Assembly (NCBI GenBank): GCA_043826435.1
Contig: JBDRQF010000037.1
Span: forward strand, 32,001-96,000
Source: Elusimicrobiota bacterium
GTDB lineage: Bacteria; Elusimicrobiota; Endomicrobiia; CG1-02-37-114; JAHJSO01
Length of the DNA stretch: 64,000 nucleotides
Reading direction: 5' to 3'
Numbering within the stretch: position 1 is the first letter of the stretch; each line of letters starts with the position of its first letter. The notes under the pieces are model-generated. The model did not search any database, was not told where the DNA came from, and was given only the letters and a program-made list of their open reading frames with translations. Below are positions 27,096 to 35,857 of the stretch, piece by piece. Position numbers and translations under genes: made by a program.

Positions 27096-27701
27096 ATGAT
27101 ATCAGAAGATGAAGATATAAAATGTATGCTTGCGTTCAGAGCGGGGGGTGATATCTGCTTTGAAAAAATACTTAAGAAATATGAAAAGCCATTGATTAAC
27201 TTCGTCTATCGTTTTATAGGCAATAAGACAGAAGCAGAAGATATAGCACAAGAAGTTTTTTTGAGGGTCTATAAATCAAAGAATAAATATGAACCCCGGG
27301 CAAAATTTTCTACCTGGTTATATAGAATTGCCGCTAATATATGTATTGATTATAGAAGGAAACCTGCTAATAAACTCCATGCAAGCACGGATTCGCTGGA
27401 TAAACCGATTGTTAGAGACGAAAATGAAATAACGAGTGAAATCGCGGACGCTTCTAAAAACCTCCAGGAGAACATACTGGAACAAAAACTGATAAATGAG
27501 ACCATTATGTCTGCTTTGATTTTACTGCCTACGAACCAGCGTATTGCTTTAACTCTTTGTGTGTATGAAAATAAATCGTATCGGGAAATATCGGAAATTC
27601 TCGGCTGTTCCGTTTCCTCGGTTGAATCGCTTCTATTTCGTTCCCGCCAGACCTTAAGAAAAAACTGGCTGTTCTATAAAAAAAATGATAAAAGCGTGTG
27701 A
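27096..27701 (+). CDS. ECF sigma factor
   Basis: AEDIAQEVFLRVY, KFSTWLYRIAAN, LPTNQRIAL...SYREISEILGCSVSSVESLLFR. Confidence 0.92.
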   Translation: MISEDEDIKCMLAFRAGGDICFEKILKKYEKPLINFVYRFIGNKTEAEDIAQEVFLRVYKSKNKYEPRAKFSTWLYRIAANICIDYRRKPANKLHASTDSLDKPIVRDENEITSEIADASKNLQENILEQKLINETIMSALILLPTNQRIALTLCVYENKSYREISEILGCSVSSVESLLFRSRQTLRKNWLFYKKNDKSV

Positions 27702-27791
27702 TATAATTAGAGAAGCGCTATTTGAACAACTATCAGAAAACAATTTATTGTTAAAGAAGTATAGGTGATAACCCATTCCGGGAGGTGCAGA

Positions 27792-28112
27792 ATGAAATTA
27801 GGTATAATTATTCATTCCAGTGATGCAGAAACAACATGGAACGCATTCCGTCTTGCCAACCTGTCATTGACAGAGAAAGATGAAGTTAAAATTTTTCTTC
27901 TGGCCAAAGGCGTAGAATATGAAAATTTGTCAAATGAAAAGTTTAATATCTTTAAACTTGCACAGGATTTTGTCAATAACAACGGTAAAATTCTGGCTTG
28001 TGGAACCTGTCTCAAACTAAGACAAAAAGAAGGCACAGAACTATGCCCGCTATCCAGTTTAAAAGATTTATATAAACTTGTTGAAGAATGCGACAAAGTT
28101 TTGACATTTTAA
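27792..28112 (+). CDS. DsrE/DsrF-family protein
   Basis: WNAFRLA, IFLLAKGVE, ILACGTCLKLR, CDKVLTF; GGAGGT RBS; extended -10 TGaTATAAT at 27699-27707. Confidence 0.88.
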   Translation: MKLGIIIHSSDAETTWNAFRLANLSLTEKDEVKIFLLAKGVEYENLSNEKFNIFKLAQDFVNNNGKILACGTCLKLRQKEGTELCPLSSLKDLYKLVEECDKVLTF

Positions 28113-28139
28113 TTTGTTATGTTTTCATGTTTGAGCCAC

Positions 28140-28167
28140 CGCAAGTTTTTGGTAGATTCCTCGTTTA
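28140..28167 (+). promoter_or_regulatory. Putative ECF-type promoter for the anti-sigma/cus operon
   Basis: CGCAAG-N16-CGTTTA, about 50 bp upstream of the anti-sigma ATG. Confidence 0.35.
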
Positions 28168-28218
28168 GTATAGTGAAAGGGTTCGCTGTTAGATGAATAA
28201 GGAACACAGGACTAAAAC

Positions 28219-28749
28219 ATGAAATGTAAAAAGGTAAAGAGAAAACTTTATGCATATATTGATAATGAACTAACCGACACTGAAAAACAATTTATTTTTG
28301 AACATTTGAATAAATGCGAAGATTGTAAAAAAGGACTTGACGAACTCTTACTACAGAATCAGTTTCTTAAAAAACTTGAAGCGATTGAACCATCTGTGAA
28401 TTTCAGAGCAAAATTCTGGCAGAGAGTTGAATCTGTTCAGGAAGAAAAACAGGGGGTTAAAATATCTTTGCTCAGGTGGGTTCCTGTTCCTGTTTTTTGT
28501 TCTGTGGTTGTGATTTTGTTTTTGACTTTTTTGGTATTATCGCCTGTGTTGTATGGTATTTCTGATGTTGAAACAAACAGAAAAATTTCTGCTCTTGCCC
28601 AAAGAACATTTATTGTACAGTTACAGCAGACGGGTTTCGCGCCCTTGAATTTTATAAATTTTTGTGAAGAATATTGCCGGATACTGCATGGACACTGTCA
28701 GAGAAAAACAGGTTCAACAAAATGTATCTGCGGGAGATGTGAAATATGA
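28219..28749 (+). CDS. ZAS anti-sigma factor with TM helix and Cys/His-rich C-terminus
   Basis: LYAYIDNEL...HLNKCEDC; TM VPVPVFCSVVVILFLTFLVL; tail FCEEYCRILHGHCQRKTGSTKCICGRCEI. Confidence 0.88.
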   Translation: MKCKKVKRKLYAYIDNELTDTEKQFIFEHLNKCEDCKKGLDELLLQNQFLKKLEAIEPSVNFRAKFWQRVESVQEEKQGVKISLLRWVPVPVFCSVVVILFLTFLVLSPVLYGISDVETNRKISALAQRTFIVQLQQTGFAPLNFINFCEEYCRILHGHCQRKTGSTKCICGRCEI

Positions 28750-29012
28750 AGATAATATCAAAGTTAGCGGTTGCAAGTTTTGTTTTGAGTTTGGTTTCAT
28801 TTATTCAGTTGTTTGGCATTGAGAAGGCGATTTTGTCAATTATTCTCGGAGTATTTGCATTAAAAGAAATTCTTAACAGCCAGGAAGAATTAAAAGGGAA
28901 AAACTATGCTTATGCGGGTATAATATTTGGTTCGTTATACATTTTGGTTCTGCTTGTATTTGTAATTCTAAAAGGGCCGGAAATATTTAAGTTGCTCAGT
29001 CATCTGCGTTAA
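28746..29012 (+). CDS. Small membrane protein (DUF4190-like)
   Basis: LAVASFVLSL...ILGVFALKEI...KGKNYAYAGIIFG. Confidence 0.78.
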   Translation: MKIISKLAVASFVLSLVSFIQLFGIEKAILSIILGVFALKEILNSQEELKGKNYAYAGIIFGSLYILVLLVFVILKGPEIFKLLSHLR

Positions 29013-29022
29013 AATAGAGACA

Positions 29023-30243
29023 ATGAAACTTAAAATAATTTTTACGCTGAATCTTTTGCTGATTTTAATGTTGTCTCTCCCGGGAACTGCGGGCTGCGAA
29101 GAGTCCGTTACCCTTGATGCCCTCCTCAAACGCGCAAGGGAGAACAACCCTGAAATCAAATCCGCATACCACAACTACACATCAAGAAAAAACAACATTA
29201 CGGCAGCGAGGTCGTGGGAATACCCCCAGTTCGGTTATGAAAATACCAGGTGGACGGATAAAACCGAGGACATGTTTTCCGTATCCCAGATGTTTTCTTT
29301 CCCTGGAAAACTTTCGCTTAAAGGCAGGGTTGCGGAAAGTTACGCAGGTATCGCCGAACAGGAACTCAATTCAAAAATCATCCGGGTAGCGTCTATGATC
29401 AAAAGAAATTTCTGGGAATATTGGTTGATAGACAAAACAATAGAGGTTTATCAGGAAAACATTGAATTGATGAACAGGTTTTTGAGCATAGCCAAGAGCC
29501 GGTATGCCACCGGCATAGTCACTCAAGCGGACGTTCTCAAGGCGAACACCGAACTTGCCAAAATGGAGAGTATGCTTGTTGAAATTGAGCAGGAAAGGGA
29601 CTCAATCCAGTCGGAGCTGAATGCGCTTGTTAACGACAGGCCCGATACCCCGCTTGGCAAACCCGTCCGGCCCGTGAGCCCGGACCTAAAATATAAATAC
29701 GGGGAACTGGAGAATATTGCGCTGAAAAACAACCAGTTGATTAAATCCAGGGAATTTTCATACCAGAGAAGCATTTACGGACTGGACTTGGCGCGACGTG
29801 AATGGTTCCCCGACATAATGGGCAGCGTGAAGTCGGGCAGTATGTCAAACACTTACATGGCAGGGGTTTCACTGCCGCTGTATTTCTGGAAGCAGGGGTC
29901 AATTGTCCGGACGATGAAAAGCGAAAAGGAAGCGGGCGAGTGGGAATTGGCAGCGGCTAAGGTTGACGTCCTGAGAGACATCAGGGACCTCTATACAAAA
30001 TACAATGCCCGGCAGAAATCCGTCGGTATTTACGAAGCGGCCGTTATACCGCTGGCGAAACAAACACTGGAAATTACTGAATCCAGCTACCGCACGGGGA
30101 AAAACAATTTTCTTGATTTGCTTGACAGTCAGAAGAGATACCTTGAATATAATCTTGAATATTACCGTCTGGTTGCGGAAGAGGGTATTGCCCTGTCGGA
30201 CCTGGAACGGGTTGCGGGCGTGGAATTGGGAAAGCCGGAATAG
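29023..30243 (+). CDS. cusC: TolC/CusC-family outer-membrane efflux protein
   Basis: ARENNPEI, SQMFSFPGK, RYATGIVTQADVLKA, SYRTGKNNFLDLLDSQ. Confidence 0.9.
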   Translation: MKLKIIFTLNLLLILMLSLPGTAGCEESVTLDALLKRARENNPEIKSAYHNYTSRKNNITAARSWEYPQFGYENTRWTDKTEDMFSVSQMFSFPGKLSLKGRVAESYAGIAEQELNSKIIRVASMIKRNFWEYWLIDKTIEVYQENIELMNRFLSIAKSRYATGIVTQADVLKANTELAKMESMLVEIEQERDSIQSELNALVNDRPDTPLGKPVRPVSPDLKYKYGELENIALKNNQLIKSREFSYQRSIYGLDLARREWFPDIMGSVKSGSMSNTYMAGVSLPLYFWKQGSIVRTMKSEKEAGEWELAAAKVDVLRDIRDLYTKYNARQKSVGIYEAAVIPLAKQTLEITESSYRTGKNNFLDLLDSQKRYLEYNLEYYRLVAEEGIALSDLERVAGVELGKPE

Positions 30244-30299
30244 ACGGGACAACCGCAACAGAGCCGTTCTGTTTGTCCTATCAAGGAGAAGAGGAAAAA

Positions 30300-31577
30300 A
30301 TGAAAATGAAAATGAAATACTTTCTGATTGTGACGGCGGTTGCGCTATCGCCGCTATTTTTTGCCTCCTGCGGCAAAAAGGAGAAGTTAAACATCCGCAT
30401 GGTCAGGACTGATGAAATCGGCATTGAATCTGTTTGTCCGGTGACAAAGAATAAATTTACGGTCACGGGCGATACAAAGGCGGTTGACTACAAGGGTAAG
30501 GCGTATTATTTTTGTTGTCCCGGATGTGACAGCCGGTTTGTAAATGAACCAGGGGAATACGTAACATCTGGCGAAGACAGGAGCCCGGCGGGACCAAAAG
30601 TAACGAAAGATGCAGGAGACGAAATTAACTACTGGACGTGTTCAATGCATCCTCAGGTCAGGGCGGACAAGCCGGGTAAGTGTCCCATATGCGCCATGGA
30701 ACTTATACCCGTATATAAGGGTGATGAGGGAATGATTTCCGTTGACGACCAAAAGAAAAAGACCCTGGGCATAAAGAGCCGGCCGGCGGAAAAAATGCAT
30801 CTCATAAAAATGATCCGGTTAGCCGCCAGCGTCTCTTACGACAACGAACTGTATCTCGCGCAGCAGGAATACCTGTCAGGTTTTAAGAACTGGCAAAAGG
30901 TCAGGGATGAGGAATCCGCGCAAAAAGCCCGGGTAAAAGACACGATGGATGCAGCGAAATTCCGTCTTAACCTGTTGGGATATACCGACGGGGATATAAT
31001 TAAATTAGGCGGCATGGACGGGGCGGATAAAAATTTAATCTATCCCGGTAAAAATGTTTGGCTCCTGGCGGAGGTTTACGAGCAGGACCTTAATGTGGTA
31101 ATGCCAGGACAAAAGGTTAATGTAATAACATCTGCGTATCCGTCAAAGAATTTTCCGGGTGTCGTAAGGTTCGTTGAACCGTCCCTGAACCCGCAGACGC
31201 GCTCTGCAAGAGCGAGGGTTGAGGTTGAAAACTCCGATAACCTGCTTAAACTTGAAATGTACGCCGTCGTTGAAATAAAACTGGCATTGGGCAGTCACCT
31301 TGCCATTCCCGAGAATGCGCTTATAGACACCGGCGTCCGCAAAATCGTTTACCTTGATTTACAAAAAGGCAGTTATAAAATGCAGGAAATCATAACGGGT
31401 TTTTCCGCAGAGGGTTTTGTACAGGTGCTCGGAGGACTGAAGCCGGGAGACATGGTCGTGACGGACGGCAACTTCCTGATTGATTCGCAATCAACCCTGA
31501 CAGGCGGCCAGTCGATCCTGTACGGCGGGGCGGAAGAAGTAAAAGAAAAACCAGAAAAGGTTAAACATAAACATTGA
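30300..31577 (+). CDS. cusB: CusB-like periplasmic adaptor lipoprotein with YHS and heavy-metal-binding (HMBD) domains
   Basis: Lipobox-like FFASC; CPV...YYFCCPGC; WTCSMHPQV...CPICAM; VYEQDL, LIDTG, GNFLIDSQS. Confidence 0.92.
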   Translation: MKMKMKYFLIVTAVALSPLFFASCGKKEKLNIRMVRTDEIGIESVCPVTKNKFTVTGDTKAVDYKGKAYYFCCPGCDSRFVNEPGEYVTSGEDRSPAGPKVTKDAGDEINYWTCSMHPQVRADKPGKCPICAMELIPVYKGDEGMISVDDQKKKTLGIKSRPAEKMHLIKMIRLAASVSYDNELYLAQQEYLSGFKNWQKVRDEESAQKARVKDTMDAAKFRLNLLGYTDGDIIKLGGMDGADKNLIYPGKNVWLLAEVYEQDLNVVMPGQKVNVITSAYPSKNFPGVVRFVEPSLNPQTRSARARVEVENSDNLLKLEMYAVVEIKLALGSHLAIPENALIDTGVRKIVYLDLQKGSYKMQEIITGFSAEGFVQVLGGLKPGDMVVTDGNFLIDSQSTLTGGQSILYGGAEEVKEKPEKVKHKH

Positions 31578-31596
31578 GGGGGGGGGGAATTAAAAA

Positions 31597-32271
31597 ATGA
31601 GAAAGGTTATTGTAATGATGTGTTGTTTGGTGCTAACGGGTTTCTTTGCTGATAGGATTATGGGGCAACAGCGTGAAGGACTTGAACACTCCCCGCCAGC
31701 CGCGGCCAGCCCCGAGATTTTACCCGATGTTAGATCCGAGAATATTGGGAGACAATATCAAGAAATGGGAGAAGCGCCAATGACCTATTTTGAGAAAACA
31801 GTTTACACATGTCCTATGCATCCTGAAATCACAAGTGAAAAATCTGGCAAGTGTCCGAAGTGCAAAATGAAACTTGAAAAGAATATGTCGCTGATGACAT
31901 ATGCCTGTTCAGAAAAAGATTGTAACCATCAGAGTGCAAAAACAGGGATGTGTCCTAAACATAAAAAGGATTTAGTAAAATCCGAAGTAAAATTCCATTG
32001 TCCAAAATGTGGTGGAGAGATTCGTCCAAAAAAACTAAAACCTGAGCCGGTGAAGCCCTTAAAAGCAGAGATTCCGAAAGAAGAAAAACCAGTATTCCGT
32101 AATGTCAATGACGATGAAATAGGCAAAGAAGTTATCTGTGTAGTAATGAATAAAAAAATCAAAGTCACACAGAAAACAAAAGTTGTTGACTATAAAGGAC
32201 AAAAATATTATCTTTGTTGTCCGGGTTGTGATAGTGAATTCATTAAAAATCCTGAAAAGTTTGTCAGATAA
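31597..32271 (+). CDS. Exported metal-binding protein (HMBD, Cys/His module, YHS)
   Basis: Signal peptide; YTCPMHPEI...CPKCKM; CSEKDC...CPKH; CPKC; CVVM...YYLCCPGC. Confidence 0.85.
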   Translation: MRKVIVMMCCLVLTGFFADRIMGQQREGLEHSPPAAASPEILPDVRSENIGRQYQEMGEAPMTYFEKTVYTCPMHPEITSEKSGKCPKCKMKLEKNMSLMTYACSEKDCNHQSAKTGMCPKHKKDLVKSEVKFHCPKCGGEIRPKKLKPEPVKPLKAEIPKEEKPVFRNVNDDEIGKEVICVVMNKKIKVTQKTKVVDYKGQKYYLCCPGCDSEFIKNPEKFVR

Positions 32272-32331
32272 ACCGTCTAAACATGGAAATTGTTGCAGTA
32301 ACCCGATGGAAAAAATAAATAAAATGGAGGA

Positions 32332-33108
32332 GTGCAGGTCGTGAAAAAAATCGGTAGTGTGCTTGGAATTTTGGTATTAAGTTGTTTGTTGTTCAGTAAT
32401 CTCACATTTGCGCATTTCCCGGATCCCGCCGAACATGTTTTGCACGAGGAAAAATTTATTGCTTTCAGCAGCGAGTTTGCTGAATTTAATTATGCGGGTT
32501 ATCAGGGAAGTTATTCCCGCAACGCTTTTGTTATTAAACTTCCTTTGATTGACAGATTGTCTTTGCGTGCGGAAGTTCCGTTCATTATACTTCGCAGAGG
32601 CGGTAAATCGTTTGCGGGTTTGGGAGATATAATTCCGGGTATTACGGCTGAAGTATTTCATACGGAAAAAATACATCTAAACATTAGCGGTTTTTTTGAA
32701 ACGCCGACAGGTCTTCATAAAGACGGCATTGGCGCCGGCCACCTTTCTTTCATTTCCGCGTTTGACATCGGTTATGAGATTAACGAAACGCATCTTTTTC
32801 ACGGCGGGGTTGATGTAGTTACCGGTTTATCAGAGCATGATGAAGAAGATGCGGCGCCATCTTTGGTTCACCCGCACAGCGAGCCCGAGATTTTACTGCA
32901 TCTTGGAAATAATATAAAACTTTCTGAATCACTATCTTTTGGCGGAGGATTTGTAGATGAGTTTAATCAAAAAGAACAGAAACATTACATGAGCTGTTTA
33001 GGTTCTCTTTTAATCGGCAGAAAAAATCCAATAAGCGTAACCCTAAGACTGCCTTTACGAGAGAATAATCGTTTGAACTGGAGCATAAATCTGCGGCTGA
33101 CAATTTAG
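32332..33108 (+). CDS. His-rich predicted outer-membrane beta-barrel / transporter-like protein
   Basis: Signal peptide; GLGDI and ETPTG motifs; many His residues; amphipathic strands. Confidence 0.65.
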   Translation: MQVVKKIGSVLGILVLSCLLFSNLTFAHFPDPAEHVLHEEKFIAFSSEFAEFNYAGYQGSYSRNAFVIKLPLIDRLSLRAEVPFIILRRGGKSFAGLGDIIPGITAEVFHTEKIHLNISGFFETPTGLHKDGIGAGHLSFISAFDIGYEINETHLFHGGVDVVTGLSEHDEEDAAPSLVHPHSEPEILLHLGNNIKLSESLSFGGGFVDEFNQKEQKHYMSCLGSLLIGRKNPISVTLRLPLRENNRLNWSINLRLTI

Positions 33109-33121
33109 GAGATGACTGGTT

Positions 33122-33814
33122 ATGCGAATTGCTAAAATTTCGTTCTTAAAGTTCTTTGTTATTCTTACTGTTTTGGCGGTCTTAACTGAATTAGTTTATT
33201 CATTTGATTTATGTCCTGCTTGTTCGCCGGAAATAGTTTCTTCAGAGTCAAATTTACCGGGTTATATGCTCGGTAAGGGGAAGTTTTCATTTATTGCACT
33301 TTCTTCTTTGGGTGAAATTAAATCAGACCATGCTGAAGGGCATTCACAAATAGAGCAAGCATTGGTTTCTTCCAATTATGGAATTACTAACCGCTTCAAA
33401 GCGGGGTTGATGTACGGATTCAGTTCACAAAAGTTATCTTTACAAATTGATTATTTATTATTACAAGAAAAAGATATAAGACCAAGTTTGATTTTAGGTA
33501 TAGGAAGTTTTAGAGGAATTTTTTCTGAGTCACATCCATATGTAATAGCAATAAAAAGTATACAACCGTATGTAAAATTACCAATAAAAATTTCTGCTGG
33601 TATAAAGCACAAAGGAGATGACTTATCAAAAACTCAATCAGAACTTGTTGGGAATTTAATTTTTCGTGTTTACCGTTCAGTTCATATTATGGGTATATTT
33701 GAAGGACAAGAATTTGATTTGGCAATGTATGGAGTAATGTTTGACAGATTAATTCTCGGTATGCGTATGATTGAATTAAAAACACCCGCTGTTGGCATTG
33801 TTTGGAGAATGTAA
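33122..33814 (+). CDS. Exported hypothetical protein, possible beta-barrel with N-terminal CxxC
   Basis: Signal peptide, CPAC, HAEGH, beta-strand pattern ending VGIVWRM. Confidence 0.65.
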   Translation: MRIAKISFLKFFVILTVLAVLTELVYSFDLCPACSPEIVSSESNLPGYMLGKGKFSFIALSSLGEIKSDHAEGHSQIEQALVSSNYGITNRFKAGLMYGFSSQKLSLQIDYLLLQEKDIRPSLILGIGSFRGIFSESHPYVIAIKSIQPYVKLPIKISAGIKHKGDDLSKTQSELVGNLIFRVYRSVHIMGIFEGQEFDLAMYGVMFDRLILGMRMIELKTPAVGIVWRM

Positions 33815-34037
33815 ATGATAAACAAACTTATTGAGTGGTGTCTTAAAAACAGGTTCGTAGTTCTGGTTCTTACGGGCGTGATTATTGTGTGGGGTTTATA
33901 TGCAATAAACCGTGTCCCGATTCCTGATTGATTCGCAATCAACCCTGACAGGCGGCCAGTCGCTCCTGTACGGCGGGGCGGAAGAGATAAAGGAAAAGAA
34001 GACCGAACCGGATGCGCACAAAGGGCACAAACGTTGA
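33815..34037 (+). pseudogene. Chimeric remnant: cusA 5' end joined out of frame to cusB 3' end
   Basis: 33815-33919 matches the cusA start at 35858 (MINKLIEWCLKNRFVVLV); 33921-34037 matches the cusB end from 31473 (FLIDSQSTLTGGQS.LYGGAEE). Confidence 0.9.
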
Positions 34038-34062
34038 CGGGTTGCCGGAGGGGGTGATAAAA

Positions 34063-34182
34063 ATGGGATGCTGTGGTCCGAAGGAAAAAGAAAAGAAAGA
34101 AGTTTACAAATGCAAATGTTGCGGTAAGACATCGGACGGACCGGGAAATTGCTGTGACAAACCGATGAAGAAAGTCAGTTAA
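34063..34182 (+). CDS. 39-aa Cys-rich microprotein (metallothionein/desulforedoxin-like), absent from the ORF track
   Basis: GGAGGGGGTG RBS; MGCCGPKEKEKKEVYKCKCCGKTSDGPGNCCDKPMKKVS. Confidence 0.75.
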   Translation: MGCCGPKEKEKKEVYKCKCCGKTSDGPGNCCDKPMKKVS

Positions 34183-34250
34183 AGATACGGCCGCATGCGA
34201 ACGGTCTACGCGGGGCGCCCTGGTTGGTGGGTCGCCGGGAGGTAAAAATC

Positions 34251-35039
34251 ATGAAAAAATTTATAACTGTTGGTATAGTAGGGATAATGTTTTTGTTATA
34301 TGGTAACAATGTAATAGCAATGATGTGTCATAGCGGGGGTGGCGGTGGCGGACATCAACATGAAGAAAAAGCAGAAAAGAAAACAAAAGAATCTTTCTGT
34401 TCTACAGTTTATGCATGCCCGATGCATCCCGAAGTACAAAGTGATAAGTCAGGTAAATGTCCAAAATGCGGTATGAAACTTGAAAAGAGGAAGAACCTGA
34501 TGACATATGCTTGTCCTGAAAAAGATTGTAACCATCAGAGTGCAAAACCCGGGAAGTGTCCCGAGCATAAAAAAGAATTAATAAAATGTGAAGTAAAACC
34601 CGCGGAGAAACCGTCAAAAAAGAAATTAGGCCTCTGTCCGGTTATGCCCACCGAAGAGGCGTCCGCAGAATATTCTTATGTTTACAAGGGCAGGACATAT
34701 TATTTCTGTTGCGGGGATTGTCTTGTAGCATTTAAAAAATCCCCTGGGAAGTACGTTTCAAGAATCAAAGAAATTAGTCTGGAGGCGTACCAGTACGGGT
34801 TCTCGCCTGACCCTGTCGTTGTAAAAAAGGGAGACATAGTGCGTCTTACAATTACGTCAAGGGATATTGCGCACGGCGTCTATATAAATGAATACGGGGT
34901 TAAGTTACCGGTAAAGAAAGGCGAAAAAAAGCAGGTGGAGTTCTTCGCCGATAAATCCGGGAAGTTTGACATTATATGCTCCGTATATTGCGGCCCGGGA
35001 CATTCTAAAATGAGAGGGAAGTTTATAGTAGAAAAATGA
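34251..35039 (+). CDS. Exported HMBD-YHS-cupredoxin protein
   Basis: GGAGGT RBS; YACPMHPEV; CPVM...YYFCCGDC; SRDIAHG...CSVYCGPGHSKM (CuA-like). Confidence 0.88.
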   Translation: MKKFITVGIVGIMFLLYGNNVIAMMCHSGGGGGGHQHEEKAEKKTKESFCSTVYACPMHPEVQSDKSGKCPKCGMKLEKRKNLMTYACPEKDCNHQSAKPGKCPEHKKELIKCEVKPAEKPSKKKLGLCPVMPTEEASAEYSYVYKGRTYYFCCGDCLVAFKKSPGKYVSRIKEISLEAYQYGFSPDPVVVKKGDIVRLTITSRDIAHGVYINEYGVKLPVKKGEKKQVEFFADKSGKFDIICSVYCGPGHSKMRGKFIVEK

Positions 35040-35815
35040 TTGTAAAATTCCTGAAAGATAAAAGGAACATCGTCCTGCTTCTCCTGTTTGTCCTTTTCAG
35101 CATAAAGACGGCGGAGGCAGAAAATCGGTTTGTGTTGTGGGCGCTGGCGGGAGTATCCTTTTCCGCCTGCCTTGATTTTTTAATAAACCGGTTGTTCCAT
35201 AAAAAAACTATTTTCCCCAGGAGCGCCATGATTACGGGTTTTATAGTTTCGGGCGTGCTGGACTACGGACACTATTTCCCTGCACTCCTTTTCTTTTGTT
35301 CACTGGCCATAATGTCCAAGTATATTGTGAAGGTCAAAAAAAGGCACATATTCAACCCGGCGAATCTCGGGTTGTTTTTTGCCGCCATCTTACAATTTAC
35401 GCTCGCATGGACGATAGAATCCAATGTTTACCTCATTATCATCGCAGGAATGTATATTGCATACTCTATCAGGAAACTTCCGCACGTTGCAGGTTTTTTA
35501 ATCACTTTCGTCTTATTGTTTAAGTTTGTGGAGGGAATAAATCCTTTCCTGTTAATCAGTTGGTTTTTTGTTTTTGTTATGCTCGTTGAACCGAAAACTT
35601 CGGGTTACGGCGTTTTGCGGGGGATTGTTTTCGGGGGTATTGCCGGGCTGGCGTCTTTTCTGTTTTACAGGTTCTTGCCGGGGAGGGATTTTTTCGTCCT
35701 TTCCCTGTTTGTTGCGAATATCTTTAATCCCGTTTTTGATAAATTATTTTTCAGGACAGGAGGGCAAAAGGTGGTTGTGGGTGACATTGAGGCGTCAGAG
35801 GCCGGTGTCCGATAA
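35036..35815 (+). CDS. Short RnfD/NqrB-like membrane protein
   Basis: SAMITG, SKY...KRHIFNPANLG, FVFVMLVEPKTS; polytopic hydrophobicity. Confidence 0.78.
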   Translation: MIVKFLKDKRNIVLLLLFVLFSIKTAEAENRFVLWALAGVSFSACLDFLINRLFHKKTIFPRSAMITGFIVSGVLDYGHYFPALLFFCSLAIMSKYIVKVKKRHIFNPANLGLFFAAILQFTLAWTIESNVYLIIIAGMYIAYSIRKLPHVAGFLITFVLLFKFVEGINPFLLISWFFVFVMLVEPKTSGYGVLRGIVFGGIAGLASFLFYRFLPGRDFFVLSLFVANIFNPVFDKLFFRTGGQKVVVGDIEASEAGVR

Positions 35816-35857
35816 GACCGACGGCGCTTCATCGTCGGCAGTGCAAGGATTATAATT

